Notes under the pieces: generated by a model
Told to the model about the DNA's origin: nothing
Databases searched by the model: none
What the model saw: only the letters and a program-made list of their open reading frames with translations
In this document: one piece after another, positions 17,975-27,865 of the stretch
How positions within the stretch are numbered: position 1 is the stretch's first letter
How the letters are laid out: each line of letters begins with the position of its first letter
Made by a program: the position numbers and the translations under genes
IMG/VR virus record: IMGVR_UViG_3300020577_002562
Span: 1 to 64,000 of that record
Source: a virus
Lineage: Duplodnaviria; Caudoviricetes
Length of the DNA: 64,000 nt
Direction: 5' to 3' (one strand)

Positions 17975-19081
17975 ATGCCAAATCGTCGAGAGCTTGCTCA
18001 TGCAGTGTCCTACATGAGTCGGTTGAAACGTCGGCTTGTGATGACGACTGCGGTAGATCGGGCGGAGAGTGAGCACTATCTGCTACAGCGACGCGCGAAC
18101 TCCTGCTATATCGGAGAGCGTCAGCAACCTCAGTTGCTGCTGCGACTTCAGATTCCAAGAGAGCCTAAGTTGCTGTATAGAGTCCGGCGTTTGTTGGAGA
18201 TGACAGAAGAGGAGCTTCAATCACGGCTCGGCAAGACCCCCAAGAATGACTGGCGAACTACTCTCGACTACTGGGTACGTAGACGGTTGCGCAACGTGGT
18301 GGACCCAGAACTGCGCAAGCTCATACCGGCAGTTGTGGACCAGACTCTGCGCTATCAGGTGCGGGTGCCATTCATGGCGGCAGGCACCACCAGACGATTG
18401 TGGATCGGTCAAGAGTTGCCTGTGATGGTAACTGATCTGAACCCTTCTGGCAACGAAGCGTTGGAGATTCAACTGGGATCGACAACCATGTTTGCCAAAC
18501 GTTCGTACTCCATCGACTTGACACCACGTTTGTCGCAACACTCATCACTGCCAGAGCCTAACAGGGTTCTGTCACAGGTACCAGCCGTGTTCACTAATTT
18601 CATCCATGGGCCGGAAGGATGGTACTGCGATCTTCTGTGTCATCATAGGACGACTCCGGGTTCTGGAGTGTGGCGCCCTAAAGTCATGTGGTTGGTATTG
18701 TGGCCGACATCTACTGGAATGAACTGGGCGTTCGACAATGAGCAAGGGCATCTCACGTTTTCGGAACAGCCGCCGTTGACAACACTGATGTTGATGATGG
18801 ACTGTGCCTACAACACAGTGGTTGAAGCCCCAGCCAATGGCGCTAGATGGTGGCCCCAAGTACGCCGAGTGCTATTCAAGATGGCGTACCAAGGTCGTAC
18901 AAGGTTACAGTGGGTCACAGAGCACAAAACGCCCGCAGATGATCCCTTTTCGTGGCTGCTGAAGAAGGTCCCGCGAGAACGAGGATCTGTAGAGTATTGG
19001 TTGGATGACTGCAAGTTCACCAAGAGCAGTTACTTCACCAACAAGGTAGCACGAACCCGCCAACGTCATGCATGGCTATGA
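17975..19081 (+). CDS. Hypothetical protein
   Basis: 368-aa ORF. Confidence 0.8.
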   Translation: MPNRRELAHAVSYMSRLKRRLVMTTAVDRAESEHYLLQRRANSCYIGERQQPQLLLRLQIPREPKLLYRVRRLLEMTEEELQSRLGKTPKNDWRTTLDYWVRRRLRNVVDPELRKLIPAVVDQTLRYQVRVPFMAAGTTRRLWIGQELPVMVTDLNPSGNEALEIQLGSTTMFAKRSYSIDLTPRLSQHSSLPEPNRVLSQVPAVFTNFIHGPEGWYCDLLCHHRTTPGSGVWRPKVMWLVLWPTSTGMNWAFDNEQGHLTFSEQPPLTTLMLMMDCAYNTVVEAPANGARWWPQVRRVLFKMAYQGRTRLQWVTEHKTPADDPFSWLLKKVPRERGSVEYWLDDCKFTKSSYFTNKVARTRQRHAWL

Positions 19082-19449
19082 AGGAGAAGAGCATGCCACA
19101 ACCAAAGCGCACCATCAATTGCATGAGTTTCAAGATTGATGGTTACTGCACTCACCAAGCTGCACCAAGACGACTTTTTAGCATAGCCCGTTGCCTCGAA
19201 TACGATAGTCAGTTCTCGGTCGATCCTAGATTGTCTCCTGCCCGGTGTCGATTGAAAACACCACATGATGTTCCGAAACCTCCGCCAAAGCCTCCGCCAA
19301 AGAATCCGTCAAGAATTTCGACCAAGTCTGTGGAGAACGACTGTGAAGATCAGGGCTTTTCTGATCTCAGCGCCGGTTGCAACAAGTGGCCTTGTAGTAA
19401 TGCACCAATAGTCAATCGACGCTGCACTTGTTGTGGTGGGAGTTACTAG
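19072..19449 (+). CDS. Cys-rich hypothetical protein
   Basis: Packed run. Confidence 0.55.
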   Translation: MAMKEKSMPQPKRTINCMSFKIDGYCTHQAAPRRLFSIARCLEYDSQFSVDPRLSPARCRLKTPHDVPKPPPKPPPKNPSRISTKSVENDCEDQGFSDLSAGCNKWPCSNAPIVNRRCTCCGGSY

Positions 19450-19457
19450 GAGACCCG

Positions 19458-19733
19458 ATGAACTGTAGTCGCACTGGATGCACGAACGTTGCAACCAAAT
19501 TGCCAAAGGTTAGCTTCGCTGCCAAGGTCAAACGATACGGCGCACGAGCACACTTTCAATTTCCCTTACCAGTGTGCGATGAGCACGCAGTAGCCGACCC
19601 GGCTCTATACATCACAGATGACAGTTGGGATCACATAGTGGACACTATCAAGTTTGCTGGATATGCAGAGCCTGATAGAACCACTGTAGAGATTTCCTTC
19701 GTACCCATTCCGTCAGCATACAATGCAGAGTAG
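19458..19733 (+). CDS. Hypothetical Zn-binding protein
   Basis: AGGAG SD; CSRTGC...CDEH. Confidence 0.65.
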   Translation: MNCSRTGCTNVATKLPKVSFAAKVKRYGARAHFQFPLPVCDEHAVADPALYITDDSWDHIVDTIKFAGYAEPDRTTVEISFVPIPSAYNAE

Positions 19734-20691
19734 TCAACTGAACAGTACGGCCCGCAGCTTGCGCGAGTTCAAGCGTGTGGCTGAAGAGGCATTGCAAGCC
19801 AAGTTTGAAGTGCCGTTGTCGATGCTGCCAAAGGAAGAGCAGCTAGACTGGAAGAAGCGGGCCAGAGAACTGCACCCATCCACACTGCCATTCTGCGGTC
19901 TACGTGCATGGTACGAGCGCACTAATCTACTGCGTACTGACCCGTTGGTTGAGCGTTCGTTCCAGAAGGACTACATACTACAGAACGGCCATCTGATGCA
20001 CCAGTTGTTGCAGCAGTGGTTGGGTCGTCAGATGACCATCTACGGCAACTGGCGATGCCCCAAGTGCAACACTCTCCGCGAGTTCAAGCCACGTCCTCGT
20101 AAGGCATGCTCGTGCGGAGCCGACCAGTGGCAGTACGAAGAACTGGGTGGCCGGTGGGGCAAGAATACGGTATGGCACACAGACACTCTTTGGAGAGACA
20201 GTGCCAAGCGTTTCTGGGCGGTGGACTATAAGAGCACGGCTAGCACACGCATCAAGGCACACCAGCAGAGCGGTGACGTGTTTCCGTACCCTCGCAACCG
20301 CTTGCAGCTTGAGACCTACATCTTGCTGGAAGAACAGCAGTACGAAATCGACATAGAAGGGTGGATCCTCTTCTATCTGTCGCGTGACTACCCGTACTAT
20401 CAGATGGTTGTGGTCGGTGAGAAGTTCGACGAAGACCGGCGCAAGGCAGTAGCCGAGCACTTGCGCAAGAGCGACCGTCTGCTGAGTGTAGTGTTACAAC
20501 CACCCAGCATTGAGACAGCGAACAAGACCGAGAAGCACAAACTGTGCCCATCGTTCAAGTTTTACAAGGACAAGGTGCACGATGAGTATAGCCCATGTCC
20601 GCTGGCTGAAGACAAAGTGTGCTTCAAGCAAGTAGCGTTGGACAAGCGTATACAGCAGGCGCTCAAAGACTTGGCTAAGAGGAAGCGATGA
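19723..20691 (+). CDS. Cas4-like PD-(D/E)XK exonuclease
   Basis: LHPSTLPFC, G..MH, HTD...VDYKST, QLETY, C-terminal Cys cluster, internal CPKC/CSCG ribbon. Confidence 0.8.
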   Translation: MQSSQLNSTARSLREFKRVAEEALQAKFEVPLSMLPKEEQLDWKKRARELHPSTLPFCGLRAWYERTNLLRTDPLVERSFQKDYILQNGHLMHQLLQQWLGRQMTIYGNWRCPKCNTLREFKPRPRKACSCGADQWQYEELGGRWGKNTVWHTDTLWRDSAKRFWAVDYKSTASTRIKAHQQSGDVFPYPRNRLQLETYILLEEQQYEIDIEGWILFYLSRDYPYYQMVVVGEKFDEDRRKAVAEHLRKSDRLLSVVLQPPSIETANKTEKHKLCPSFKFYKDKVHDEYSPCPLAEDKVCFKQVALDKRIQQALKDLAKRKR

Positions 20692-21098
20692 AGATCATAC
20701 CGATCCAAGAATTGGCGCCACGGTGCCCAGACTTTGACCGAGACTGCGACGACGTAAGAGATCATCTGAAGTGCTGGAAAGGTACTGCTGATCTTTGGTA
20801 CATAGATCACTACACTGAGCAAGCTCAAGGCTACTGTCCATATGTCATAGGGCAGATGAAAGCGCATACCATCAAAGGACATGACATGAAGTTCCTGTGG
20901 TTCCTAATCAAACAAGGGTCGCGCAAACTACTAAGAGGCACTGGACAACTGCTGTTCGCCATGCTCTTGCTAGCCTTCTCGTGGCTCATTTTTCCACTGT
21001 GTTGGTTCGTGGAGTGGATAGATAAAGAGCATGATCGCTTTCGTGAAGAAGAACGTAGACGAGCTGATGATCAGAAGGAGCTAACAAGTAATCGATAG
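20688..21098 (+). CDS. Hypothetical membrane protein
   Basis: One hydrophobic segment; ATGA overlap. Confidence 0.55.
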   Translation: MKIIPIQELAPRCPDFDRDCDDVRDHLKCWKGTADLWYIDHYTEQAQGYCPYVIGQMKAHTIKGHDMKFLWFLIKQGSRKLLRGTGQLLFAMLLLAFSWLIFPLCWFVEWIDKEHDRFREEERRRADDQKELTSNR

Positions 21099-21106
21099 GA
21101 GGCAAC

Positions 21107-21403
21107 ATGCTTGAAGACGTAAGACATCTATGTGACAGGCCATGTTCGTGGAAGACAAGCTTGAAGGTAGCACTGGTTCAAGAGATCTTTCGGCAGCACC
21201 AGTCGACGGGGCTGCTACCATATATGATCGAGTTGGACTACCATATGTATAGTGGTCTGCTAAACTCCTTGACGCCGCAAGATCGTCTGGAGCTGATGCC
21301 CGTACCTGATCAATTCTGGGGCGTACCGATCACCATCATACCTGAGTTGCCGGAACCGCGAGTGATCACCATGCGAACGCGAGATGTAGTGAGACTGACA
21401 TGA
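21107..21403 (+). CDS. Hypothetical protein
   Basis: AGGAGG SD. Confidence 0.6.
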   Translation: MLEDVRHLCDRPCSWKTSLKVALVQEIFRQHQSTGLLPYMIELDYHMYSGLLNSLTPQDRLELMPVPDQFWGVPITIIPELPEPRVITMRTRDVVRLT

Positions 21404-22416
21404 GAGTAGATGACTTGGTAGTTGTCAAGGACGACAAGAGCAAGCATCTAGTGCGCGTGTTGAAGCTCAAGCCTTTAAGTGGCGTGCTTGAAAGCTCCAG
21501 AGCTGATGAGCCCAAGTACGTGGACTTTGACGAGAAGCAGGTCCTGGTGAACTTAGGCGCAAAGCCTATGTTCGGTTCCGTCTATGGCTGTAAAGTAGAG
21601 TGGATGCGGTCGCGGCATCCTCACGAAGCTTGGGGTCAGATCACCGTCATGCGTGATTTGTCCAAGGTCGAGCGCAAGGTCATACGGGAAGCTTTGGATA
21701 ACCAACTGGCGTTGCGCAAGCGTTTGCGTCTACCTGCTCCTACGTACATCAAGGCCGTAGAGCTTCGAGAGAACAGTGGCAAGTGGGCTGGTAAGTATGC
21801 TTTCCGACCACGCGATAGTGACGTGATGCAGTTGATGCCTAAGAGCTTTGCTGAAGTGAGTGAGTCACAGGGTGTGGTCAAGCCAAACAAGTGGTTGCCA
21901 TATCTGATCGCGCACGAGGATGCTCATGGACTCTGGTATAGGTACTGCACGCCTAAGATGCATGCACGTTGGATCAACCTGTACCACAGCACAGTCATGC
22001 TGTCTCGTGCTGAACCAGATGCAGTTCGGAATCTAGGCAAAGCTTTCTTCAAGAGCCGTGCTAGCAAGCAGGAGTTTGCATCAGACTTGACAGAAGAGGA
22101 CGGGGCTCTGTTCGATAGCTGCATCGGATGGATCACCAACTATCACTCCTTGAGCCAGCGCAATCTCGACGTGCTGTTCGCGGATAACCCGAGCAATATC
22201 AAACAACTGTGGCCGCGAGAGGCCATCTTCGAGACAGACCATGAGATACCACTTGGCGAGTACGCCTCTGTATCTCCTGAAGAGTGCTTTGCCGAAGCGT
22301 TCGCATTGAAGTACGCTGGTGGCATGAAGTTGCCGAAGGCGTTTGACAATCTGATGGAGAAGACCATTGAAGCACTGCCTCGTATCGCCAAGACTTACCA
22401 ACACGGAGCTGAATGA
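21400..22416 (+). CDS. Zincin-type metallopeptidase
   Basis: IAHEDAHG (HExxH) and YASVSPEECFAEAF. Confidence 0.75.
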   Translation: MRVDDLVVVKDDKSKHLVRVLKLKPLSGVLESSRADEPKYVDFDEKQVLVNLGAKPMFGSVYGCKVEWMRSRHPHEAWGQITVMRDLSKVERKVIREALDNQLALRKRLRLPAPTYIKAVELRENSGKWAGKYAFRPRDSDVMQLMPKSFAEVSESQGVVKPNKWLPYLIAHEDAHGLWYRYCTPKMHARWINLYHSTVMLSRAEPDAVRNLGKAFFKSRASKQEFASDLTEEDGALFDSCIGWITNYHSLSQRNLDVLFADNPSNIKQLWPREAIFETDHEIPLGEYASVSPEECFAEAFALKYAGGMKLPKAFDNLMEKTIEALPRIAKTYQHGAE

Positions 22417-22709
22417 TGCCACTTGAGACTCACACATTCCTGGACAATGCTGCGGATCGAGTGAACTCAGACAATCATGTCTTGTCAGAACAGCCTAAGT
22501 CGTGCAGTACCGGAATCCATTACGATAGCTCTACAGGCCAAGTGTTGATCAAACGGTACAACCAACATGGTGATGATGTAGGAGCTGTTCAGCTACCGTT
22601 CAGGCATCTAGAGGAGTTCATGGCCGAGCGCATTCGCCAGACGGAAACACAGCGCCTTGAGCAAGCATCAGCACACACCCTGCTGTATGGAAAGTGGGGG
22701 CGCACATGA
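22413..22709 (+). CDS. Hypothetical protein
   Basis: ATGA overlap. Confidence 0.55.
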   Translation: MMPLETHTFLDNAADRVNSDNHVLSEQPKSCSTGIHYDSSTGQVLIKRYNQHGDDVGAVQLPFRHLEEFMAERIRQTETQRLEQASAHTLLYGKWGRT

Positions 22710-22939
22710 CTCCATTGTTAGCCGCCCTTATCTGGATCGTACTAGCACTTGTGGTTTTCGTATGGTATCTGTGTGCCTGGAACATGGCTGGATTTTGGCT
22801 GATTCCACAGTGGTGGGCACAGATCAAGTGCCGTCACAGGACAGGATTTCTGATGAACATCGACTTTGACGGCACTGCCCAATATCAATGCGCGACTTGT
22901 GCCAAACTGATCACTAAACCGTTGAAGGAGCACACATGA
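22694..22939 (+). CDS. Small membrane protein with a Cys motif
   Basis: N-terminal TM; CRH...CATC. Confidence 0.55.
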   Translation: MGAHMTPLLAALIWIVLALVVFVWYLCAWNMAGFWLIPQWWAQIKCRHRTGFLMNIDFDGTAQYQCATCAKLITKPLKEHT

Positions 22940-23145
22940 GTACGCAAGATGAGGAGTGCAAATGCTGCGGTTCACGACCTGACGCTAGAAAGAGGTATCT
23001 GGGTGGTATAGATGCATCAGAACGTACGAAGGTTGAAGAGTTCACAAAGTGCCCGTTCTGTTCAAGTCAGAAGTGTTGCATGTGTGACATGGGTAATGAT
23101 GTTCGTTGCACGTCATGTGTCGATGAAGAAGAGGACTACGAGTGA
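22936..23145 (+). CDS. Small Cys-rich protein
   Basis: AAGGAG SD; multiple CxxC. Confidence 0.6.
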   Translation: MSTQDEECKCCGSRPDARKRYLGGIDASERTKVEEFTKCPFCSSQKCCMCDMGNDVRCTSCVDEEEDYE

Positions 23146-23918
23146 AGATCAAAGTCAAGCCGGTGGCCGGTAAGAAAATCAAGACCGCTAAGCCCACTAA
23201 GACCAAGAAGGGGTTTCTACCAGATCGCGAGAAGCTCAGTGCAACCAAGAACAAGGGGCCGTTGGTAGTCAAAGTCACCAAGGGTGAGAAGAAAGCGGAC
23301 ACCACCTCCGGTAAGCGCCGAGTCGACCCACAGTCCGTTAAGGATCTGAAGGGGGCAAGCTACAACCCTCGATACATCAGCGAAGCTCAACTCAAGCGTC
23401 TGAAGATCTCGATGGAAAGCTTCGGCGACTTGAGCGGTATCGTGTTCAATGTAGCGTCAGGTGTGTTGATCAGCGGACATCAGAGGTTGAAGACCCTAAG
23501 CGGGAAGAAGTCTAAGCTGGTCAAGAAGGCAGTTCAAGACAAGCGCGGCACCGTGGCTGAAGGTCAGCTTGTAGTTGTCGAGTCTGACGGTAGCAAGACC
23601 AGAATCCCGTACCGGGAAGTAAACTGGTCAGATCAGCAGACTGAGATTGCCGCTAACATTGCAGCCAATGCCCACGGTGGTGAGTTTGACGACATTAAGC
23701 TGGGCGGTCTGCTGCACAAGTTGCACAAGGGCAAGTTCGACATCGAACTGACTGGTATCAGTGAACTGGACTTTCGCAAGATGGTCATTGACTTCCGAAA
23801 GGGCAAAGGTAGTTCCGTCACGGAAGTTAAACCAGACGACGACACGCCGACCGGGAAGAATGCAGAGTCTGGTTCCAAGTGCAAGTGCCCACGGTGTGGA
23901 TTCAAGTTTCTAGCGTGA
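23142..23918 (+). CDS. ParB/Srx-like N-terminal domain protein with a C-terminal Zn ribbon
   Basis: YNPRYIS...LKISMESFG....IVFN...LISGHQRL; NIAAN..GGEFD; KCPRCGFKF. Confidence 0.85.
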   Translation: MKIKVKPVAGKKIKTAKPTKTKKGFLPDREKLSATKNKGPLVVKVTKGEKKADTTSGKRRVDPQSVKDLKGASYNPRYISEAQLKRLKISMESFGDLSGIVFNVASGVLISGHQRLKTLSGKKSKLVKKAVQDKRGTVAEGQLVVVESDGSKTRIPYREVNWSDQQTEIAANIAANAHGGEFDDIKLGGLLHKLHKGKFDIELTGISELDFRKMVIDFRKGKGSSVTEVKPDDDTPTGKNAESGSKCKCPRCGFKFLA

Positions 23919-23925
23919 TGGTATC

Positions 23926-24456
23926 ATGTGGTGGACTAACTTCTTGAAGCGTCATTCAAAGCCTATCGCAGACAGCATGACGCCGGAAGCGACGAAAGAC
24001 GACAGAAGTCATTGGCTAGGCAACACGTTGTTCGGAATGCAGACCCTTCGCTTGACACTTAGAACTGGGGATAACAGCATCCTCTATTGGCCTAATGATG
24101 TCAAGTCCGTTGTTGGTAGGGTGACTGCCATTGGTGAGAACAGTGTAAAGGTCAACGGGGAGTGGTACGAATTAGACTGCCAGGAAGTTGGTGGGCTGCG
24201 TGTGGTGGACATCATACCTTCTGACACTAGCGCAGATTACGGAACAGGCGTTCTCGTCAAAGGTAAGCTAGTTGCTTGGTTTATAGAACTAGACTCAGCT
24301 ATTGAGTGGGCATCAGAGAAGCATCCGGGTCAGTGGCTAACACGACGCGCGGTACAGCCAAAAGAAGAGCCATTCACCCAATCAGAATCCGAGGCAATCG
24401 CCAAAGCCGCTGACGTGTTGAGAGATAAGGCCAGAGTGACACCGACCGCAGACTAA
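23926..24456 (+). CDS. Hypothetical protein
   Basis: 176-aa ORF in the run. Confidence 0.65.
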   Translation: MWWTNFLKRHSKPIADSMTPEATKDDRSHWLGNTLFGMQTLRLTLRTGDNSILYWPNDVKSVVGRVTAIGENSVKVNGEWYELDCQEVGGLRVVDIIPSDTSADYGTGVLVKGKLVAWFIELDSAIEWASEKHPGQWLTRRAVQPKEEPFTQSESEAIAKAADVLRDKARVTPTAD

Positions 24457-24784
24457 TGATGTACCCACATACATGCTCTTGCGATGAGAGCTATCTTCTG
24501 CAACAAGGTGGATGGATTGTCATCTCGGTTAACGGCAGCATTTCAAATAGCACTGACAACCTACACAGTTCTTCGTACAGGATTGGAAACTACGTTAGCA
24601 CGCAGATTCACCATCCGTCGCGTAGACCAGGTAAACCGAAAAGACGATCTCTCCTGTGGTTTGAGCACTTCAATAGTTACCCAGCAGCGCCGCGCAAAGA
24701 CTACCATAGCATTACCACCCAGCCAGAAGTGCGGTTGATGGTGCATGAGAGTCAGTCAGAAAGAAGGTCTCGCGCTCGTAGACG

Positions 24785-25093
24785 GTGGTTGCAGACATTG
24801 ACCCGGAGGCTACATTGAGTCCTAGACTAAGAACCACGTTGAACGATCCGCATTGGTTGGCGTTGAATGGACCCAAGTTGGCAAAGCTGCTGCCAGAGAC
24901 TTGGACGCATATAGCCAATCTGAATCCGCTACAGCTAGATTTCAATCTTAAGCTCTTAGGTGTTGATTGGCGCACCGATCAGGAGTTTGCAGAAACCATG
25001 ATGTCGCTGGAGCAACACACGATCCTATTACGATCTGGTATGCTTGTTCGACGGAACCATAGACTGATGGGAGCACAAAATGCCGATGACTGA
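24785..25093 (+). CDS. Hypothetical protein
   Basis: Packed run. Confidence 0.55.
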   Translation: MVADIDPEATLSPRLRTTLNDPHWLALNGPKLAKLLPETWTHIANLNPLQLDFNLKLLGVDWRTDQEFAETMMSLEQHTILLRSGMLVRRNHRLMGAQNADD

Positions 25094-25322
25094 TACCTTG
25101 ATTGCACTGATAGAGCGCGGTCCGCTGTGGGATGGTGATGTGCCGAGCAAGATCGAGCGTGACACTCTAATCAATCAGGGTTTGGCCGTTCGTGTAGTAG
25201 TCAAGGGCAGTGACGGCTACACAGCAGCTACATATAGAGGTCGCGATGCTTACAATCAGCACTATGGGGGCGACACCTTGTCGACCTCGATGTGCGTAAG
25301 ACGGCTGGCTAAGGCACCATGA
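25080..25322 (+). CDS. Small winged-helix-like hypothetical protein
   Basis: GPLWDGDVPSK..RD.L...GLA. Confidence 0.65.
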   Translation: MPMTDTLIALIERGPLWDGDVPSKIERDTLINQGLAVRVVVKGSDGYTAATYRGRDAYNQHYGGDTLSTSMCVRRLAKAP

Positions 25323-25562
25323 GTAGCAAGTACCTGAGTGGACATCAGCAACGATTGAAGACGCATGGGGCTTACTGGGTATGTGCTCACCCATTGCTTA
25401 AGGTTCAAGAGTTGAAACGGGACACTAGATGTCCGACTTGTTGTAGAGCGGTGCGCATAAATCACTCGGAGTGGCTTTATTTATCCTGGAGATACCCACA
25501 ACCAGTACCGGACACACTACCGGAGGATCTTTCACCTTCAGGCATAGTATTGTGAGAACCGT

Positions 25563-25850
25563 ATGACACAACCACTGTCCCAAGAAGCGGCTTTCGCTCT
25601 AGGCGCCGAAGCTATGAAGTCCAAGATCACTGCTTGGCTGATGATGAATGGATACATGACTGTAGCACCCAAAGTGCTGACGTTGGAGAACCCCGCTTTT
25701 TCTATGCCAGAGTCGGTGACTATCGAACCGATCAAGCAAGCAGCAGAAACCCGCAGAGTCAATGTTGCAAGTTGCAACTGCAACGATATGGCCGGGCAGT
25801 CTTTTTTCGAGTGGCGGTGTCCCGTACATGGCTACCAAAGTGACGCATGA
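25563..25850 (+). CDS. Hypothetical protein
   Basis: ATGA overlap with the MTase gene. Confidence 0.55.
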   Translation: MTQPLSQEAAFALGAEAMKSKITAWLMMNGYMTVAPKVLTLENPAFSMPESVTIEPIKQAAETRRVNVASCNCNDMAGQSFFEWRCPVHGYQSDA

Positions 25851-26848
25851 AATACACAGTCTTGAACCTACCAACGATGGAGCGAATCAACGCCAAGCCC
25901 AAGAAAGCCGGCGTTGCCGTTTCTCTGTTCAGCGGAATGGGTGGGGGTAGCATAGGATTGAAGCTGGCTGGCTACGAAGTACGGTACGCTAATGAGTTCA
26001 TCCCGATCGCGCGAAAGACGTATAGAAAGAACGCTCGGGGCACGTATTGTGATGGACGTGACATCCGCAAAGTCAAGCCCAAGGACATTCTGGAAGTTAT
26101 TGGTTGTAAGCCTGGAGAAGTGGACTTGCTTGAAATGTCCCCGCCCTGCAAAGTCTTCAGTGCAGCGCAAGCACGCAACCGAGAGAAGAATGTAGGCCAG
26201 GTTATCAACTACTCGGAGAACGTCAAGCAACGAGTAGACGATCTATTCTTCGAGGGGTGCCGCATTCTCAAGGGTATTCAACCGCGTGCATTCATTGCTG
26301 AGAACGTGAAGGGACTGTTGGCAGAAGCTAACAAGTCCATCTTCAAGGAGGTGTATCGAGCATTGGAGCGATGCGGCTACAGAGTCAAGGCCGCAGTGCT
26401 GAACGGCACAGACTTTGGCGTACCTCAAGCTCGTGAGCGTTTGATCTTCATTGGCATCCGCAAAGACTTAGGGATTGAACCGCAATTTCCCGACATCAGT
26501 GAACACAAACCAGTGTACGTGCAGGATGCACTGCCTCATGTGGCGAAGATCAAGACTGGCCGCAAATTCGTACAGGCGAAGAGTAACTTCATCTCGACGA
26601 TCACGGCAGCCGACTCGGCCATCAGTTTCACGGCCCAGTTTTCAGCAGGAGGCTTCTGTGAGACAGTCGACGGCACCATACGCAAGTTCACTATCAAGGA
26701 ACTCAAGCTGTTAAGTAGTGTACCGCAAGACTTCAAGCTGATCGGAACATTCAAACAACGCTGGGAACGATTAGGTCGAATCCATCTGCCACTGCAAGTC
26801 TACTACTTGGCCTCCACTCTACGAAAGCAACTGAAAGCTGCAACATGA
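25847..26848 (+). CDS. C5-cytosine DNA methyltransferase-family enzyme with motif-X Asn->Arg; candidate DNA carboxymethyltransferase
   Basis: Motif I LFSGMGG, IV SPPC (C101), VI AENVKG, VIII GVPQARER, IX RKFTIKE, X ERLGR(311)IHLP in place of GN. Confidence 0.9.
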   Translation: MKYTVLNLPTMERINAKPKKAGVAVSLFSGMGGGSIGLKLAGYEVRYANEFIPIARKTYRKNARGTYCDGRDIRKVKPKDILEVIGCKPGEVDLLEMSPPCKVFSAAQARNREKNVGQVINYSENVKQRVDDLFFEGCRILKGIQPRAFIAENVKGLLAEANKSIFKEVYRALERCGYRVKAAVLNGTDFGVPQARERLIFIGIRKDLGIEPQFPDISEHKPVYVQDALPHVAKIKTGRKFVQAKSNFISTITAADSAISFTAQFSAGGFCETVDGTIRKFTIKELKLLSSVPQDFKLIGTFKQRWERLGRIHLPLQVYYLASTLRKQLKAAT

Positions 26849-27108
26849 CATTCTTGCCTACTGGATCAACAGATCTGACAGAAGACGATGACATCGATCA
26901 GGTAGATCAACAGTACATGACACCATTGCTCGGAAAGATCGTCCATGATCTGGGTGGCAAATACTTCATCCCTGCTGCGCAGTTGGGAACGAACGCGCTG
27001 TACTCGTTGGAAGTCTCCGAAGATGACACGGGTATAACCATCGTGTCCACCATAGTTGAACCGGGGGACAATGCCACATACGTAGCTCCAAGCCAAACGA
27101 GGAACTGA
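26845..27108 (+). CDS. Small acidic hypothetical protein
   Basis: ATGA overlap with the MTase gene. Confidence 0.6.
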   Translation: MTFLPTGSTDLTEDDDIDQVDQQYMTPLLGKIVHDLGGKYFIPAAQLGTNALYSLEVSEDDTGITIVSTIVEPGDNATYVAPSQTRN

Positions 27109-27109
27109 A

Positions 27110-27862
27110 ATGACTGATGTTCGAGTTGAAGGTTGTAGCACTAGTTCCGCACCCCAAGACCACGTACTGCCTTCTGGTCTTTGGAAGTTCGATGAAGAGG
27201 TCACCAAAGTCTTTGACGATATGCTGGCACGCAGCATACCTGGCTACGAGACAATGCGGTGGGCAACACATCAAGTTGGTGCTCAGTTTCTACAAGGTGA
27301 TTGGTCCACGGTCGTTGACATCGGAGCCTCACGAGGCGAGTCGGTGGACTGGTTCATCCAGAATCATCCGCGTCACAAGTACAAGCTGATCGAAATTTCG
27401 CAGCCCATGCGAGAGACTCTGGAAGCTCGGTACTCGGAGAACCCCGACGTTCGAGTCTGGAACCGTGATCTGCGTGAAGCTGATCAGGTTTTTGACAAGG
27501 TAGATGACTGCTCAATGATCTTGAGTGTGTTGACGTTGATGTTCGTTCCGATTGAGCACCGTCCGGCACTGGTGCGTGCAATGTGGGAGACGCTCAGACC
27601 AGGTGGCGTTCTGATCATGGTTGAGAAGATGTTGGGCGCCACACCGTTGCTGGATGCGAAGCTCAAGGACACGTACTACAAAATGAAGGCTGATAACGGC
27701 TACACGCAAGATGAGATCCTGCGAAAGAAGCTGTCGCTGGAAGGTGTGTTGGTGCCTCTGACCGAAACGTGGAACCGAGACTTGTTGGAGCGGGCCGGCT
27801 TCAACCAGATTGACTACTTCTTCCGATGCCTTCAATTCGGCGGGTTCATCGCTGTAAAGTAA
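27110..27862 (+). CDS. cmoA: CmoA-like carboxy-S-adenosylmethionine synthase
   Basis: WKFDEEVTKVFDDMLARSIPGY, VDIGASRG, LTLMFV, GGVLIMVEK, K.DNGYT..EI.RK..SLEGV, FFRCLQFGGFIAVK all parallel CmoA motifs. Confidence 0.8.
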   Translation: MTDVRVEGCSTSSAPQDHVLPSGLWKFDEEVTKVFDDMLARSIPGYETMRWATHQVGAQFLQGDWSTVVDIGASRGESVDWFIQNHPRHKYKLIEISQPMRETLEARYSENPDVRVWNRDLREADQVFDKVDDCSMILSVLTLMFVPIEHRPALVRAMWETLRPGGVLIMVEKMLGATPLLDAKLKDTYYKMKADNGYTQDEILRKKLSLEGVLVPLTETWNRDLLERAGFNQIDYFFRCLQFGGFIAVK

Positions 27863-27865
27863 TCG

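Noticed and set aside
19723-20691. CRISPR-Cas adaptation module
   Set aside because: A solo Cas4-like nuclease, common in phages; no cas1, cas2 or array is present in the window.
25847-26848. Ordinary restriction-modification system or an inactive MTase
   Set aside because: No adjacent endonuclease is recognisable; the catalytic motifs are intact and the motif-X change fits altered cofactor use.
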